A DNA stretch of 45,096 nt from a virus (IMGVR_UViG_3300048852_000127:1-45096); one strand, 5' to 3'; counted from the stretch's first letter, positions 1-9,257 are shown. Translations and numbers: made by a program. The notes: generated by a model not told the origin, from the sequence alone.

Positions 1-19
1 TCACGGCTTGGAGGGCGGA

Positions 20-219
20 ATGAAGAAGTGGAGAATTTGGCTCTGCCTTCGGGGCATCTGTCGCGAATTGTTCGTCCAGACGCCCTGGGCCATTTGTCGA
101 TCAAGCCCATGAACGACCGGCTCTTCAGCGAGCGATACGGCTATAGTCCGGGGAAGGTCATCGAACCCCTGTGCTTTGCCTGGCGCACCGGCCCAGCGAG
201 AGGACGTGAGTATGAGTAA
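20..219 (+). pseudogene. Small hypothetical gene, probably frameshifted near 95
   Basis: GGAGG then ATG20 (MKKWRIWLCLRGICRELFVQTPWAI). Restoring one base would join it to LSIKPMNDRLFSERYGY... ending at 219. Confidence 0.35.
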
Positions 220-305
220 GTTCAAAAGAAGGTCTGGAATTCTTGACGACCTAAGAGTTAAGGCCCTAATGCACTCTGAACACCTAGGATTGTTGGTAGC
301 AGTCA

Positions 306-542
306 GTGAAGATTTGTCGATATATTGCAGCATTGATCTCCCGGGAGGGACTCGCTCTACGGGCAGCGGGGCCATTCTACACCTCAAAAGAGGCTGAGGA
401 CTACGTCAGGAGCCACCCTCTCTCTGAGGGAGAGGAAGCCGGGTGGCAAATTTGCCCGTTGGTCCCCCTCGGTATCTCAGACCAGAAGGCAGTCAGCCCA
501 CACAAGACCAAGTTTGACCCGCAAACGGGCGAACTAATTTAA
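306..542 (+). CDS. Hypothetical protein
   Basis: 78-aa ORF, no motif recognised; overlaps a competing ORF at 212-397. Confidence 0.3.
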   Translation: MKICRYIAALISREGLALRAAGPFYTSKEAEDYVRSHPLSEGEEAGWQICPLVPLGISDQKAVSPHKTKFDPQTGELI

Positions 543-646
543 TCAGCCACTATACCAGATGCGCCCTTAACGACGGGAAATCGCCAAAGGAGAGCGGCAA
601 TCCGCACTTTACCCTTCCCTGTGCCCTTCCCTGTCAAAAGCTTCGC

Positions 647-910
647 ATGACCTACTCTCGCGACACCACCGCCATCTCCGAACTCACCGGCCAGCCCGTG
701 AACACCTGGTCCGAATAATGGCGGGTCGAGACCGAAGCCCGCGCGGCTCTGAAGATGTCAAAGGACGAGCGGGATACCGTCTTCAACGGCAAGGACTAGG
801 ACGGGAAGATCATTGACCGAGGTGTGATCGGCATCCGGGGATTGAAACCTGCCGAGGAGATCCGGGCCACCGTGGAGCGGCTGCACGACGCTCGCTCCGC
901 ACGGCACTGA
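647..910 (+). pseudogene. Small phage-associated protein (TWSEEWR..EAR type) with two in-frame stops
   Basis: MTYSRDTTAISELTGQPVNTWSE*WRVETEARAALKMSKDERDTVFNGKD*DGKIIDRGVIGIRG...; TAA at 716 and TAG at 797 interrupt an otherwise continuous 88-codon frame. Confidence 0.65.
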
Positions 911-1009
911 GCCTACCTACCCCCTTCGGCTAGGTGACATTCCAGAACTCCAACCCGATCCTAGGAAGATCATCCGGCTCATCAATCCGTGAGGGCTCTG
1001 GGGGTTTCC

Positions 1010-1369
1010 ATGGGGGACATCGCTCGATTCGGTAGACGGAAGCCTTGGGCGCACGCATCCGGTCCAAGACGTTCCTATGAGCCGCCGACCCGCAGGCGTT
1101 CCACGAGACCAAGGCCGCGACGAGGCTTTTGGGTCTCCGTCCTCGTTTGGGGGCTCATCTTGGCAAGCCCTCTCGCTCTAGACTTCGGGCCAAGCATGGT
1201 CGGGTGCCACATCAAGGGCAATATCAGTGTGAATACAGGCGAGCGGATCTATCACGTTCCTGGGCAGGAGTATTACTCGGAAACGCGGATTGATTGGCTC
1301 AAAGGCGAGAGATGGTTCTGTTCGGAAATTGCGGCACGTCAGGCGGGCTGGCGAAAGGCCAGAAATTAG
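1010..1369 (+). CDS. Membrane-anchored protein with ExoI C-terminal-like (sunset) domain
   Basis: TM segment followed by GCHIKGNIS..GERIYHVPGQEYY..TRI...GERWFCSE..A..AGWR. Confidence 0.8.
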   Translation: MGDIARFGRRKPWAHASGPRRSYEPPTRRRSTRPRPRRGFWVSVLVWGLILASPLALDFGPSMVGCHIKGNISVNTGERIYHVPGQEYYSETRIDWLKGERWFCSEIAARQAGWRKARN

Positions 1370-1803
1370 CCGCCGTGGTTCTGAGCACGACGCTCGTCTT
1401 CCTCAGCGCTCTCGGCAGCATGACGTATCCCGCACAAGCTGAAACTGTGGACGGCAGACGGTTTGTGATCATCGACGGCGATACGGTTGCCTACCGCCGC
1501 GAGCGCATCCGGATCCTCAACATCGACGCGCCTGAGAGCTTCCGCTCGCGATGCGAGGCGGAACTGAAGCTCGCCCTGAGAGCCAAGGAACGCCTCGCTC
1601 AGTTGCTCCAGACCGGGGCAGTCGAGATCGAGCGGCAGGGCGAGGACCGCTACCGCCGCACGCTCGCTCGCCTGTCAGCAAAGGGCGGCGATGTCGGCAT
1701 GACGCTGGTTCGCGAGGGTCTCGCTCTCCCCTGGCAAGACGGTGCCGCCGCCAAAGAAGCCAGGCTTCGCAGATGGTGCGGAGCGCGCCACTGGCTGAAG
1801 TGA
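1348..1803 (+). CDS. Secreted thermonuclease (SNase family); start uncertain (CTG1348, GTG1375 or ATG1420)
   Basis: IDGDT, RIRILNIDAPE and DRYRRTLA motifs; signal peptide ending AQA. Confidence 0.88.
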   Translation: MAKGQKLAAVVLSTTLVFLSALGSMTYPAQAETVDGRRFVIIDGDTVAYRRERIRILNIDAPESFRSRCEAELKLALRAKERLAQLLQTGAVEIERQGEDRYRRTLARLSAKGGDVGMTLVREGLALPWQDGAAAKEARLRRWCGARHWLK

Positions 1804-2047
1804 TTGGCGCTAGCTAGCAATAGCACCCAAAGGAAAGGGACCGCGCCTGAACTCTGATGGTTCTGGTCAGCGGTCCCGTACCGTCATGCCCCCACGGCCA
1901 ACTTAGGCGTACTTGATTCGATTGAGGTCAGACAATCTAGGAATACGTACCTCTAAAGAGGTAGGATGAGCGGACTATATAACCGTGGCCTTATTTGTTA
2001 AGCTTTGGTCACCGGTCGTTTTCGACGCCCCTGCGGCCGAGCCTTCA

Positions 2048-2072
2048 GAGCGCCCTCGTGGCGCTTTTTTTT
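2048..2072 (+). terminator. Intrinsic terminator
   Basis: AGCGCC-ctcgt-GGCGCT followed by a T run. Confidence 0.7.
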
Positions 2073-2388
2073 AGCTAGCTTCGGTTTATTGAGGAAGCAC
2101 CAGATGTGGTTAGAACTTTTGCCTATGCGATGAGGATATTATCTTACGATCGCACGGATGGCTCATGCAGCCGTATGCACCCGCAGTCTTGAAAACAGCC
2201 GGTCCGGTGAAGGCGATTTGTTAGAATCTGTAATATTTCGTGAACTGACCATGCCTCAGTAAAAAGTATTGACGCACGCATTCTAATCAGGGAGTTATTC
2301 TTAATCGTCGCCGTATAATATGTTATAACGCGGCAAACGTCCTTACATCTTGCTGTTAAAGAACACTTGCGTGTCGCTGAGGGGCTAA

Positions 2389-4323
2389 ATGAATAACGAA
2401 TACCCACTGATCATCAGCTTCTATTCTGGTGATCAATATTACCATGATGCGGCCAAGAGGCTTCGCCAGAATTGCATCGCACTTAACCTTGACCATGACA
2501 TCGTTGACCTGGATGCATCCGGTACAACTCGCAATTGGGCAGAGCTATGTCGCTACAAGGTGCGGTTCTACCTAGAAAAATTGTTAGAGCATCAACGTCC
2601 GATCTTGTGGGTAGATGTAGACACCCAAATCCGCAAAACCCCAGAGATGCTTCGGAACTGCCATCTCGATATGGCAGGCTATGTACAAAACTACACTTCT
2701 GCTCGCAAATTTGATCCGTATAAAACTGGGCGGTTCTGGTCCCCTGGAATTCTTTTCTTCGGAAACTCAAGAAACTCCATTGAATTTCTTGAGTATGTGA
2801 ACAGGCTCGAGCGCGAGGAACCGCGCCCAGCTACGGATGACTATTTTCTCAATGAGGCCTGGACGACATTCGATAAAGATCTGAACATTGGCATTCTCTC
2901 GAAAGATTCTTGTGCGTTGCGCGAGAATAATCTCAGCGAGAGTACAGTATTTCTGCATGGTCTTAGCGGCAATGTGAAGATATTTAAATCAGAAGTTCTT
3001 CAGCACGATACTCTTTTCAATGCCCGCGGACTCGTCGAACATAGCTTTCTTACGGCGGCAGCAGCTGCCTCGAAAGATAAAAATCTAAAAACCGCATCGC
3101 AAATATTGCGGTATGGTCGAAAGGTTGGCCTCGCAACCCCTGAAGTTGCGCTAAAGGAATCGTATCTGACCCGTCTTTCCGGGGACGTACCTGGTGCCAT
3201 TCAAGCGCTTGAAGAAGGGTATACGGCAACCGGCTCATCAAAAGTCCTACGCAGGCTTGCCGAGTTAACAATTGAGAAACAGGATCTTGATCGTGCACGA
3301 ACTGCCTGTGAACGGCTAATCACGTCTGAAGACGCAGCAGACCGCGGTTTCGGACAGGCAATGATGACGCGGCTTGGTCTTGAGGAGCGAGCCGTCGCAT
3401 CAGGGGTCCGCCCACAGCAGCGCATTCCGCTGTGGTGGATGGAAACTCCTTATCCTGGGAACTTCGGAGACATCCTTAATCCCTACTTGATCGAGAAGCT
3501 AACTGGTATTCCACCCAAACCCTCAAAGCGAGGTATTGGCGTTCTTGCGATCGGCAGTATCATCAAGTTCGCAAATCAAGACACTACAGTGTGGGGGTCA
3601 GGAACACCCCGTATGACGGATACTCTGTCCCCACTTGCTCGCTATACTGCAGTGCGTGGCCCGCTAACACACGCGCTGGTCACTCGCAGTGGTGGGAAAT
3701 GCCCTGAAATATTTGGCGACCCGGCGCTTCTGTTGCCGAAGATTTACAATCCGAAAATCGAGAAGCGCTATAAGCTAGGCCTGATTAAGCACCATGTACA
3801 CGAGAAGGAGGCTAGCCCCGCTGAGGATGTTCTCGAAATCGACGTGATGTGCAACGGTTACGCTGGGATAGAGCGCTTCATTGATCAAGTTCTCAGCTGC
3901 GAGCGTATTCTCACAACCTCCTTGCATGGACTCATTGTAGCGCACGCATACGGCATACCAGCGCGGTGGGGCATCTATAGCAGGGGCAGATCACTTGCTG
4001 GAGATGATACAAAATTCCAAGATCACATGTTGGCGGTCGGTCTACCAAGAACGCCACCTCTCGACTTCTCAGATCTCGGCATCATCAGATCTAACAGCGT
4101 GGCTGGAGACGAGTTTACGTATCCTCATGATCTTAACGTAGAGCCATTGCTTGGCGCATTACAGGTACTTGTCAATGAGCGGAAGCCGAGACCAGTACCG
4201 GCACCAGTTCGTAAGCAGAGCCAAGCACGGCCTCTGTCAGTACAAGAGCGCTATACAAGAGCCATTAAGAGGAGGCTTTCGAATCTGCGTGCAAAACTGG
4301 CACTGGCACACTCTTCGACATGA
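2389..4323 (+). CDS. Fusion of nucleotide-sugar glycosyltransferase-like domain, helical (TPR-like) linker and polysaccharide pyruvyl transferase (ExoV-like)
   Basis: N-terminal ILWVDVD (DxD). C-terminal NFGDILNP, GSII, WGSG, AVRGPLT, GDPALLLP and SLHGLIVAHAYGIP motifs. Visibly AT-richer than the phage core. Confidence 0.8.
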   Translation: MNNEYPLIISFYSGDQYYHDAAKRLRQNCIALNLDHDIVDLDASGTTRNWAELCRYKVRFYLEKLLEHQRPILWVDVDTQIRKTPEMLRNCHLDMAGYVQNYTSARKFDPYKTGRFWSPGILFFGNSRNSIEFLEYVNRLEREEPRPATDDYFLNEAWTTFDKDLNIGILSKDSCALRENNLSESTVFLHGLSGNVKIFKSEVLQHDTLFNARGLVEHSFLTAAAAASKDKNLKTASQILRYGRKVGLATPEVALKESYLTRLSGDVPGAIQALEEGYTATGSSKVLRRLAELTIEKQDLDRARTACERLITSEDAADRGFGQAMMTRLGLEERAVASGVRPQQRIPLWWMETPYPGNFGDILNPYLIEKLTGIPPKPSKRGIGVLAIGSIIKFANQDTTVWGSGTPRMTDTLSPLARYTAVRGPLTHALVTRSGGKCPEIFGDPALLLPKIYNPKIEKRYKLGLIKHHVHEKEASPAEDVLEIDVMCNGYAGIERFIDQVLSCERILTTSLHGLIVAHAYGIPARWGIYSRGRSLAGDDTKFQDHMLAVGLPRTPPLDFSDLGIIRSNSVAGDEFTYPHDLNVEPLLGALQVLVNERKPRPVPAPVRKQSQARPLSVQERYTRAIKRRLSNLRAKLALAHSST

Positions 4324-4351
4324 CGAATGACGATGCACTGCATAGTTGCCC

Positions 4352-4375
4352 AGGGGCGGTCGATGGACCGCCCCT
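4352..4375 (+). terminator. Hairpin, probable terminator after the moron
   Basis: Perfect 10-bp stem AGGGGCGGTC-gatg-GACCGCCCCT; weak T tail. Confidence 0.55.
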
Positions 4376-4615
4376 TCGCTTATGAGTTATCCTTTAGGCA
4401 CATTGGTCGCGTTCCTGACCAGCAAAGCGCTGAGAATATGGAAACGCTACGCGACACAGCTGAATAGATTTTCGGGGAGGAGCAACTATCGCCGGTACTG
4501 TTGCAGCCTTGTCGAGAGATAGTGTCCGTAGGATTCAATGACCTTCTGTGTAGCCTCTCCCTTGGTTGCCGCCGTGCCGCTCCGCTGTGCACTTTAGTTC
4601 GGACCAGTGAGCCTC

Positions 4616-4972
4616 CTACCCGCCCCCGGTTCTATGGCTGATCAGCTCCTTCACGAAGCCGTCGAGCTTCTCGCCAAGTTTCTCAAACCGAGCCCCAAGC
4701 TGATCGATCGAACCCGATAGCCGTTCCTCAACCTCTCGCAGGACTTCGCGAGACACGAGGCGTTCAGCCTGCGTGACCTGATGGGCGTTCATGGTAGCCT
4801 GCAGGATCGCGATCTTCTCATGGGCCTTGTCGGCCTTGTCCGCGGCTTCAGTGGCCCGCTTTTCGGCCAGATTCGCCTTCTGCTCCGCATTGAGCCAGAA
4901 CTTGATAATGGCCAAGGCAGTGCCTGCAATCATGAAGACGGTGGCGAGGTTCACTTCCCAATTGAACTGCAT
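4616..4972 (-). CDS. Lysis-module membrane protein (one TM plus coiled coil)
   Basis: N-terminal hydrophobic helix and heptad-rich C-terminus; follows lysin and holin. Confidence 0.65.
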   Translation of the reverse strand: MQFNWEVNLATVFMIAGTALAIIKFWLNAEQKANLAEKRATEAADKADKAHEKIAILQATMNAHQVTQAERLVSREVLREVEERLSGSIDQLGARFEKLGEKLDGFVKELISHRTGGG

Positions 4973-4974
4973 GG

Positions 4975-5517
4975 TCAGTCAGCCGCCTTTCTGGCAGGCA
5001 GGACGGCCTCGGCTATCGCCCTAACCGCATCTCCGCTGCGCTTGGATCCCGCCGACGAGCCGAGCCAATACTGCACGACAGTTCCGAAGGCCGGGATCAG
5101 CGCCCCGAAGAGCACGTTGAGGAGCTGCGCCTGCTGCGGCGGGAGATCGACCGGCTGAACGAACAGCAAGCCCATCACGAGGAAGAACCCGACGACCACG
5201 ATGACCGAGATCAGCGGAGCGCCCCAGGCGATGGCCGAGCCCTGCTGTGCCAGTTCGATGGTCTGGCGCCTGGCGCCCTCGACATCTTCAACGGCAAGGC
5301 GCGCTTCCTCGAGCTGGATCTTGGCCTGCTCAACGAAAGCCTGCGCCAGCTGCGGGTTCATCTGGATCTGGGCTTGAGCCTTCTGCGGATCGTCAGTTCC
5401 GAAGATGACCTTGGCGGCGTCAGCCACCTTGCCAGCCGCCGTGCCGGCCTTGCCGCCAGCGAAGAGCCCGATCAGTTCAGGAGCGTATTGGATCAGCAAT
5501 CCGATGATGGGGGGCAT
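4975..5517 (-). CDS. Holin-like membrane protein
   Basis: Two C-terminal TM helices and YWLGSS motif; TGATG overlap with lysin. Confidence 0.7.
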   Translation of the reverse strand: MPPIIGLLIQYAPELIGLFAGGKAGTAAGKVADAAKVIFGTDDPQKAQAQIQMNPQLAQAFVEQAKIQLEEARLAVEDVEGARRQTIELAQQGSAIAWGAPLISVIVVVGFFLVMGLLFVQPVDLPPQQAQLLNVLFGALIPAFGTVVQYWLGSSAGSKRSGDAVRAIAEAVLPARKAAD

Positions 5518-6173
5518 CACGCTTTCCTTCCGAACAGGGCCTCAAGGAGCCTCTTGAGGGCAGCAAAGAAAAACCCGCTCGGTTGAGCGGGCTGGGTGAC
5601 AGGAGCCGGACGTGGCTCGATGTCAGGTGGCGGTGGGATCGGCACCGGTGCGGGCGCCTCTCCGGCCATCGCAAGGGCCTCCTTCTCGACGCTGAGCACG
5701 CGGGATCGCCAGCCCTTGCCGAAGACCGGCCATGTGTCGAGACGGGAGAGGAAATCGAGACGTGATCGTGTAAGTTCGCGGATGAGATCCCAGGGGTCCT
5801 TGGCTTTCACGGCGGCTAGGGTCTTGGGGCCGACTACGCCGTCCGCTGCCGTTCCGACCAGAGCCTGAAGGTGCTTTGCCGCTCGTGCTGGGCCGGAGTT
5901 GACCGCAAAGTCGAAGACGGCAAGATCCACACCCGCTGGAAGGTCATCACCTTTGACGACGTTCCAATAGTTCGCGCGATAAATGGCACTGGCCTCTTCT
6001 ACCGTAAGAGCCCTGACCTCGGCTTTGGTTACCTTCCGGCCACGCCACCGGCTCAAGGTCTCGAGCGTAATCCCCCGGTTCGTTGCGCCGCCTGGATCTT
6101 TTGGGTGATCCGCATACCCGCCTTCATGTTTCAGGACGAGCGAAAGCGCCCGCCCGAAGTTCTCGGTGGTCAT
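5517..6173 (-). CDS. Endolysin, glycoside hydrolase family 108 with PG-binding domain
   Basis: HEGGYADHPKDPGGATNRGIT, FDFAVNSG, DGVVGPKT, FGKGW. Confidence 0.93.
   Translation of the reverse strand: MTTENFGRALSLVLKHEGGYADHPKDPGGATNRGITLETLSRWRGRKVTKAEVRALTVEEASAIYRANYWNVVKGDDLPAGVDLAVFDFAVNSGPARAAKHLQALVGTAADGVVGPKTLAAVKAKDPWDLIRELTRSRLDFLSRLDTWPVFGKGWRSRVLSVEKEALAMAGEAPAPVPIPPPPDIEPRPAPVTQPAQPSGFFFAALKRLLEALFGRKA
5565..5591 (-). terminator. Terminator-like hairpin inside the lysin CDS
   Basis: Minus strand CCCGCTC-aacc-GAGCGGG-TTTTTCTTT. Confidence 0.55.
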
Positions 6174-6197
6174 GGTGTCCTCATGGTGCAAGAGAGG

Positions 6198-6683
6198 TTA
6201 CGCTGGCAGCCCTGCCGCCTGGATCATGAAGTCGTTCATCTGCTCATCGCTGACGCCGACTATCTGCATCAGCATCGGCACGAACACGCCATCCCTGTCG
6301 AAGTCTGTGCCCCGTTCAAGCGCCTCTTCTGCCGAAGCCTTCTGAAGGGGATCCGTGAGTGTGGCGATCGCGCCTTGCACCGCATCGAACAGCGTGCCTT
6401 CGCCCCAGGGTGTCACCTTCATGATGGTTCGAGCCCGCCACATGGCAACGATGCGCGGAGCAGAGTCCGGTTCAGGCTCAGGTGCCGGTTCCGGCTCCGG
6501 GATCTTCTCAAGCTCCCATGTGCCGGAGGTCCAGCGCGCCCGATAGCCCTCCGGAATGCTCGGCGGCTCGATCTCGACGGCGCCTGCCGGAATCAGGAAG
6601 ACGCCGGGTTCCAGGGGGCTCTCATCGGCAACTGTCAGGCCGACGAAATAGCCCTGGGGATCGGTCTGAAAAACGGTCTTCAT
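6198..6683 (-). CDS. Tail fibre assembly/chaperone-like protein
   Basis: DESPLEPGVFLIPAGA motif; directly after the tail fibre. Confidence 0.7.
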   Translation of the reverse strand: MKTVFQTDPQGYFVGLTVADESPLEPGVFLIPAGAVEIEPPSIPEGYRARWTSGTWELEKIPEPEPAPEPEPDSAPRIVAMWRARTIMKVTPWGEGTLFDAVQGAIATLTDPLQKASAEEALERGTDFDRDGVFVPMLMQIVGVSDEQMNDFMIQAAGLPA

Positions 6684-6691
6684 GCGATGCC

Positions 6692-7873
6692 TCAGTATTT
6701 GATGAACCAGTGATAGGCGACGTTGCGCGGGCGAGTTTCGCCGGTACCAAACGAGCCAATATCAGTACCGAGGTTCTCTGACTGGGTTGCCGTGGCGGCA
6801 TTCGGCGCGCCAGTGATGGTATGCGTGGTGTTGTAGCTTGGAACCACGGAACGGCTGCTGGAAATCTGAGGCGACTGGCCGCGGAGCGCGATCTTCGCGT
6901 ACAGGTTTTCTACAGACTGCCCCTGTTCGGACCCGATCACGCGGCCGGGATCGATGCCGCGGTTGTCATCGAAACCGCGGAAAAACACACCCCGAAGGTC
7001 AGGGATCGTAAACGTCGTTGAACCATCGCCCGGACCATAGCCGCCCGCCAGCTTTTCCGCTTCCGTTGCTGCAAGCAGACCAGAAGTCTGTGCATGTGCC
7101 CACAGGCGAGCATAGGTGGCACGGGATAGGGCGGCTCCATTCGCCCTGAGAAACCCAATTGGCGCTGTTGAACGCGTGCTGAACTTGAAGTCACCAGGTT
7201 GGAAGACAAACTCGGAAAGCAATTCCGCCACCTGCTGCGCCGTAAGATCTTCAGGATCTCCGGCACCCGCCGAGGCCCTCCCCTTGAGCCGGCTGGTCGC
7301 CATGTCAGCCAGTTTCGCATTCGTGACGCCATTGTCAGGCAGCACCGCCGATGATGCAGCCTGGGCCCAGGCCTCAGCCTCGTCGGCGCTTGCCGCCGCT
7401 ACGCTCGCCGCGCTTTCAGTGGCCGTGCGGTCCGCCGCCACAGCCTGACGGTCGGCGTCGACATCGCCCTCGATCTGCTCGAGCGTCACCATAGCCGCAT
7501 CGACAGCCAGGCGGTCCGCATGGATCTGAGCCGCAGCCTCATCAATGTTGTCAGGAATGGCCTTCAACCGCGCCAGGTACTCCGACACACGGATTGCGTA
7601 GAAGCGCGGATCGATGTGATTGGCCCACCGCACCATGAAGTACGGAACGTTCGTCAGCGTCGGTCCGGTCCAGGGCTTGGCGAGCCGGATCTGGTTGACG
7701 GCCAGCACCTCCTTGATGACCGTCATGCCTCCAGTGCCGTCATTCGGAAACACGAAGTCGAACGGCAGCACGGCGGGATCCCACATCACCGTGTCGCCGG
7801 TGGCGACATCCGATCCATTGGTCAGCGTGATCGTGCCGTCGCTGTAGAAAAAGTATGAAGGGTCGAGGGCCAT
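6692..7873 (-). CDS. Tail fibre protein with tail-collar domain
   Basis: GFLRANGAALSRATYARLW, GDGSTTFTIPDLRGVFFRG, ETRPRNVA. Confidence 0.88.
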   Translation of the reverse strand: MALDPSYFFYSDGTITLTNGSDVATGDTVMWDPAVLPFDFVFPNDGTGGMTVIKEVLAVNQIRLAKPWTGPTLTNVPYFMVRWANHIDPRFYAIRVSEYLARLKAIPDNIDEAAAQIHADRLAVDAAMVTLEQIEGDVDADRQAVAADRTATESAASVAAASADEAEAWAQAASSAVLPDNGVTNAKLADMATSRLKGRASAGAGDPEDLTAQQVAELLSEFVFQPGDFKFSTRSTAPIGFLRANGAALSRATYARLWAHAQTSGLLAATEAEKLAGGYGPGDGSTTFTIPDLRGVFFRGFDDNRGIDPGRVIGSEQGQSVENLYAKIALRGQSPQISSSRSVVPSYNTTHTITGAPNAATATQSENLGTDIGSFGTGETRPRNVAYHWFIKY

Positions 7874-7935
7874 AGAATATCTCCCGGCCAGGAGAGACCT
7901 GGCCGATGGTGGCGGGCTTGGATTGTGGGGAAGGG

Positions 7936-8283
7936 TTAGCGGGTAATGCTGATGCCGCTGTCGGACAGGATCTTGCGGATCTTGGGGGCAGTCAGGGCCT
8001 TGCGCACTTTCATCTTGAGCGCGATCCGCTCGTCTTCCGTCCGCTCGTCGGCTTCGGCCAGGGCGACAATCTGACGGGCGACGTCATCGGCCTTGATGTG
8101 CCTGCGCTGCGCCTCGCGATTGAGCATGTCGGATGGCTCGCCTGCCAGATGACGGCGTGCCTCGAATACCTTGCGCGTATAGAGCGCCATTCGCTGGCGG
8201 ACAGGCTCGAAATGCTTGTCTATGGCCTGCTCCGCCAACGCGCGAAACTGTTCGAGATCCGGCCCGATTTCAAGACGCGCCAT
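7936..8283 (-). CDS. Hypothetical tail-module protein
   Basis: ATG8283; tightly packed in the tail operon. Confidence 0.65.
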   Translation of the reverse strand: MARLEIGPDLEQFRALAEQAIDKHFEPVRQRMALYTRKVFEARRHLAGEPSDMLNREAQRRHIKADDVARQIVALAEADERTEDERIALKMKVRKALTAPKIRKILSDSGISITR

Positions 8284-8284
8284 G

Positions 8285-8701
8285 TCAGACCTCCGTCGCC
8301 GTAACTTGCAGGAAGATCGAAACAGGATGATAGGGGAACGGATCGAAGGAGATTGTGTAATCGCCGGGGATGCGCAGGACGAGCTCAAGATCATCGCCAT
8401 CCGCCTCGACCGATTGCCCGAATTCGGGGCCTTGAACATTGACCCTTGTCCCGGCCGGGATCCCAGAAATCACCGTAACCTTGTCGTCGCCCTCTCTCGT
8501 CTCTCTGATCGTGTAGTCAAGCCGTGGGCGGATCGTCGGAACGCCATCTGGGAAATACCACCACTCATGGGAGAGCGGCGGGACATCGACGGCGCCAAGG
8601 CCGGTGTCCTGTTTAACCTTTTCGAGCACATCAGGCCGAGCCGGATAGCCGTCCTCGAGATGCCCGATGTAGCGCCCATCAGCATCGTATTGAACGATCA
8701 T
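8285..8701 (-). CDS. Hypothetical tail-module protein
   Basis: 138 aa; MIVQYD..G start; PG.Y.I...FPY motif. Confidence 0.65.
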   Translation of the reverse strand: MIVQYDADGRYIGHLEDGYPARPDVLEKVKQDTGLGAVDVPPLSHEWWYFPDGVPTIRPRLDYTIRETREGDDKVTVISGIPAGTRVNVQGPEFGQSVEADGDDLELVLRIPGDYTISFDPFPYHPVSIFLQVTATEV

Positions 8702-8722
8702 GGGTTGAACTCCGTTGTGATT

Positions 8723-9253
8723 TTAAATTCTGATCGCGAGCCAGCGCACACGGATCGCGTAGGGAGAGTTATTCGTGATGGTGATGATCGAGCTGTTCCA
8801 TTGCAACTTCCAGCCACCCCGCAACTGTTGCAAGCTATCCCCATTGTCGTAGTCCGATGTCAGCCAATGCGGCGAACAGTAATTGCCGTCCATATGACTG
8901 AATTCGTAAGTGTGATAGTGGGTGTCGCCAGTGCCCGACAAATGGTCAGCCGTCGCATGGACCCAATACCACCGATTGTCGGGCGATAAGGGATAGGCGA
9001 GTCCCATGACGACGGACGGGTTAGAACCATGCGAGATCGTCTCCGTGCCCGGATACCAGAGATCTACTTCGCCGCTGACAGGATTGCGGCCGCCAGGGCA
9101 AGTGATTGTCCCCTCATTCTCCCATCGGGCCGGGATATGGTCCGCATCGAACAGCAGCCCGTCCAGATCGGCGGTCGCCGCGTCATACCCCGCGCGGGAG
9201 ACGCGAAACACATATTCAGTGCCGACTCTCCCGAGAACGATCCGCCGCGTCAT
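8723..9253 (-). CDS. Tail-tip accessory / putative receptor-binding protein, paralog 3
   Basis: N-terminus MTRRIVLGRVGTEYVFRVSRAGYDAAT; aromatic-rich C-terminus. Confidence 0.65.
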   Translation of the reverse strand: MTRRIVLGRVGTEYVFRVSRAGYDAATADLDGLLFDADHIPARWENEGTITCPGGRNPVSGEVDLWYPGTETISHGSNPSVVMGLAYPLSPDNRWYWVHATADHLSGTGDTHYHTYEFSHMDGNYCSPHWLTSDYDNGDSLQQLRGGWKLQWNSSIITITNNSPYAIRVRWLAIRI

Positions 9254-9257
9254 CGGC

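Noticed and set aside
612-634. LexA box upstream of the pseudogene
   Set aside because: The repeat is CTTC-based with a 12-bp period, not GTTC-N7-GTTC.
647-910. Stop-codon reassignment or read-through
   Set aside because: Two different stops (TAA and TAG) are involved and other genes use both normally; decay is simpler.
4380-4600. ORF or ncRNA between the moron and lysis genes
   Set aside because: No RBS, motif or convincing structure.
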